Assembly: GCF_011386835.1 (NCBI RefSeq) | Contig: NC_088794.1 | Span: 90,892,001-90,956,000, forward strand | From: Chrysemys picta bellii | Taxonomy: Eukaryota | Length of the DNA: 64,000 bases | Direction of reading: 5' to 3' | Part shown: positions 61,638 to 64,000 of the stretch, piece by piece | How the letters are laid out: each line of letters starts with the position of its first letter | Numbering within the stretch: the first letter of the stretch is position 1 | Translations under genes and position numbers: made by a program | Notes under the pieces: model-generated | Seen by the model: only the letters and a program-made list of their open reading frames with translations | Told to the model about the DNA's origin: nothing | The model's database searches: none

Positions 61638-64000
61638 TCTGTGAACACCAACAACCTTGAATTGGTTCTCATTATGTCTTGCAGCAATCTGTACTCCAAG
61701 AAATAGCCAGGTACCCCACTGGTTTGGGTCTTCTTACAGTTCTGCAAATACTGGAGGATCATGCATCCTGTATTTGCAATGCTTTCGACAATAGTGAGGA
61801 ACTGTGCAGGCTCCAGGCTTCTGTCAGAGATGGTGGATAGGGAGGAAGGCCATGCAGTTTGCAGGATTTTGAAAAAAAGCACAAAAATTATGGGCTATTG
61901 TTGGCATTATGGGATGGAGTCAGTTGCACTGGGAAGCTGAACCCTCGCTCCAAGTCACCCCCTCCGCAACTTATTCTAGCCACCATGAATTGCCAAAACT
62001 TCCCAAAAGATGCTGCGCTGGATGGTGATGAGTTGCACACTGGGATACCTACCCACGGTGCGCTGCAGATTGACACAAGCATTCCTGATGAGTACACGCA
62101 GCGCCGGTGCAAGGAGGCGAGTATGCATGCGCATAATCTACTAACTGAGGCAGCTTTATGCCAACATAACTTGCACTGGCCATAGTTTGTAGGGTGGCCA
62201 TGGCCTCAGTCTGCTGAGGAGAATGAGTGGGTTTCTTCCTTTAGAACACACACTCTGGAATCAGCAATTTTATAAGTCAAACTACAGTATTTGATGCACC
62301 ATTATGAAATGTCCATTCCTCATTAGGAATTACAAGAATCCAGTTATATTGGATTTTTCAAATATCAAATACATTACTTTGCTTGGGTATTTGGTGAGTC
62401 CTAAATTCAAATACCATGGGAATCTGCAGAGCAGTTCCAGGGAAGTCAGGGCAATTCAGGCATGATCAGTGACAGAGGCAGTACTCTGAGCTGTCACTGC
62501 AGGGTGGGCAGTAGGATTTGGGGTCTGCACTGGGAAGGAGGACCAATGGAGCAACCATTACATTGATCATTGGGGTCCAGGCTGGCACTGCACCAATGGG
62601 GACTGACATAGTGGAACAATGACACAGATCCTTTGTGCAGAACAAGTTTCCTCCAAATGCACTGCTGGGAGTAATACAGTATAGATAGAAGGTGTGTTAC
62701 AGGCATAATAGGAGTCCACACAGTGGCGAGCATGTCAAAGTTTTACTGTGGTATCCAAAGCCCCATGATATACAGGACCTGGGAGTTACTGAAGACCAGA
62801 CCATGGGGCAGTGTCAGGAGATTCAAACATGTCAATCCTTTTGTCATTGTCAACACAAGGCAAGCTACTGTAAGGCAACAAGCTGCATAATCAAATGATC
62901 AAATTCTTGCCTCCTTTCATCAGAGTAGGAAATCAGGAACACTAGTGACTTAGGTTAAAATGAAATCATTCTAAAATCATGTCTGAATATCCCAGAATTT
63001 TGGGGAGCTTGCACACTGAACCCAGATCTAGATCTGAATTTCACACCTGCCCCTCTCTCTATGAGGGAAAAAACAAAGCTCTGATCCAACACCCCTGAAG
63101 GAACAGGTTCCAACTGTTGCAGTTCAAGCCCATCTCTAGCTCCAGCAAACTGAAAATTACTTGCCTCGTATCAATGCGGTGCACATGTAAACGAGGGAAA
63201 CAGGATGTGGCAAAACGAACAGAATCATTTAAATTTTATTCTGAATCAATACTCTGCCAGCATCCATACCGTATATGGAGCACTTCCCCTGCAGGTGCAA
63301 GAGGTTTCTGCAGGATCTGCTCTTGCATGCAGCATCCCACAGACTAAAAAACCTTTAATAGATGCAACGGTTGATTAGCTGATTTTTTTTTTCCGGTGAG
63401 GGGTGAAGGAAGAAGAGGTGGAGAGGAAGATAAACGAGCCTCAACTTTTTTCTTTTTAGAGATGCCTCTGAAAGGAGTGGCTGTACTGTATAGTTCTGAT
63501 GTGGTAATGTAACAAGCTATCTTTAGTCAAACCATAACCAGGTTTAAGTGAAAGTTTGAGCAGAGTAAGGACTTGACACATTTCATGTGGGAATAAGCCT
63601 ATTCTCAGAGTGGGATGGGAGGATTGATTTTAGAGACACAGACTGCACAGAAGATACAATGCATGACAGTGCCAGCAGCTCTAACGCAGTGCAGGCCTGT
63701 GGTATGACTGCCATACTGAATTGTGAGCACTAACACACACAAAATGGAGACAAAGCTTATAAAATCAGGGGGATTAGGCCAAAAACCATGCATGTGGCAA
63801 CCTACCCGTGCACTGCAAAACACACAGTGGGAGTCACAAATCGCTGCTATAATAGGCAGGCCTGAAGGCATTGTTCATTATACATATTTTCCCCCACCTT
63901 CAGCCTCCCCAACAGAGCAAATATTCAGCAGCTAGCCTGTAAGTTAAGATGTATATAGTCACTTGACTTCCTTGTGTCTTAACCAAGCATAAGATTGGGC

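Larger units (their letters stand above)
60420..61816 (-). pseudogene. Harbinger (HARBI1-like) DDE transposase remnant
   Basis: EPAQFLTIVESIANTG N-terminus, then WLQNFWMSKATF...LTVEKRVAIALWELA, GAIDGIRIPILAP, KGYFSKVMQALVDH, LGAPRLPLA/LGD-like region, AECTFGRLKGCW, ACCVLHSICE and FEQPDPKAIRRA. Frameshifted and interrupted. Confidence 0.88.
57710..62205. mobile_element. Decayed autonomous-type PIF/Harbinger transposon (Myb/SANT gene + transposase, convergent)
   Basis: Both protein remnants are present and convergent. Right end is approximately ttgtagggtggccatggcc|tca; the left TIR was not found. Confidence 0.88.

Overview
Vertebrate genomic DNA, almost certainly from a turtle: it carries the tortoise-type tRNA-Lys/CR1-tailed PolIII SINE and a turtle-like repeat landscape. 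The whole window appears to lie inside DPF3 (BAF45C) on the minus strand. Two coding exons are clearly visible: exon 2 at 14418-14578 (161 bp) and exon 3 at 8816-8923 (108 bp). Canonical exon 1 and exons 4 onward were not found and probably lie outside the window. The rest is intronic and rich in transposable elements: CORE/MIR, LF- and Amn-type SINEs, CR1 and L2 fragments, 8-bp-TSD hAT MITEs, palindromic Harbinger-type MITEs, a decayed two-gene PIF/Harbinger element (about 57.7-62.2 kb) and a decayed Penelope-like element (PLE) with an inverted 5' end (35471-38188). Notable observations: (1) three very short (88-212 bp) PLE-derived insertions, each flanked by an exact 13-bp TSD and built around a 40-nt minimal hammerhead ribozyme, with stems that covary against the motif in the large PLE; (2) a 260-bp TG...CA solo-LTR-like element with a 4-bp TSD that contains a tRNA-derived Pol III promoter; (3) a candidate alternative first coding exon of DPF3 (MAVIPGRLHLRPR) that is phase-compatible with exon 2; (4) a 1049-bp CpG-rich fold-back hAT MITE. 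All family names come from recognition by eye, with no database search.
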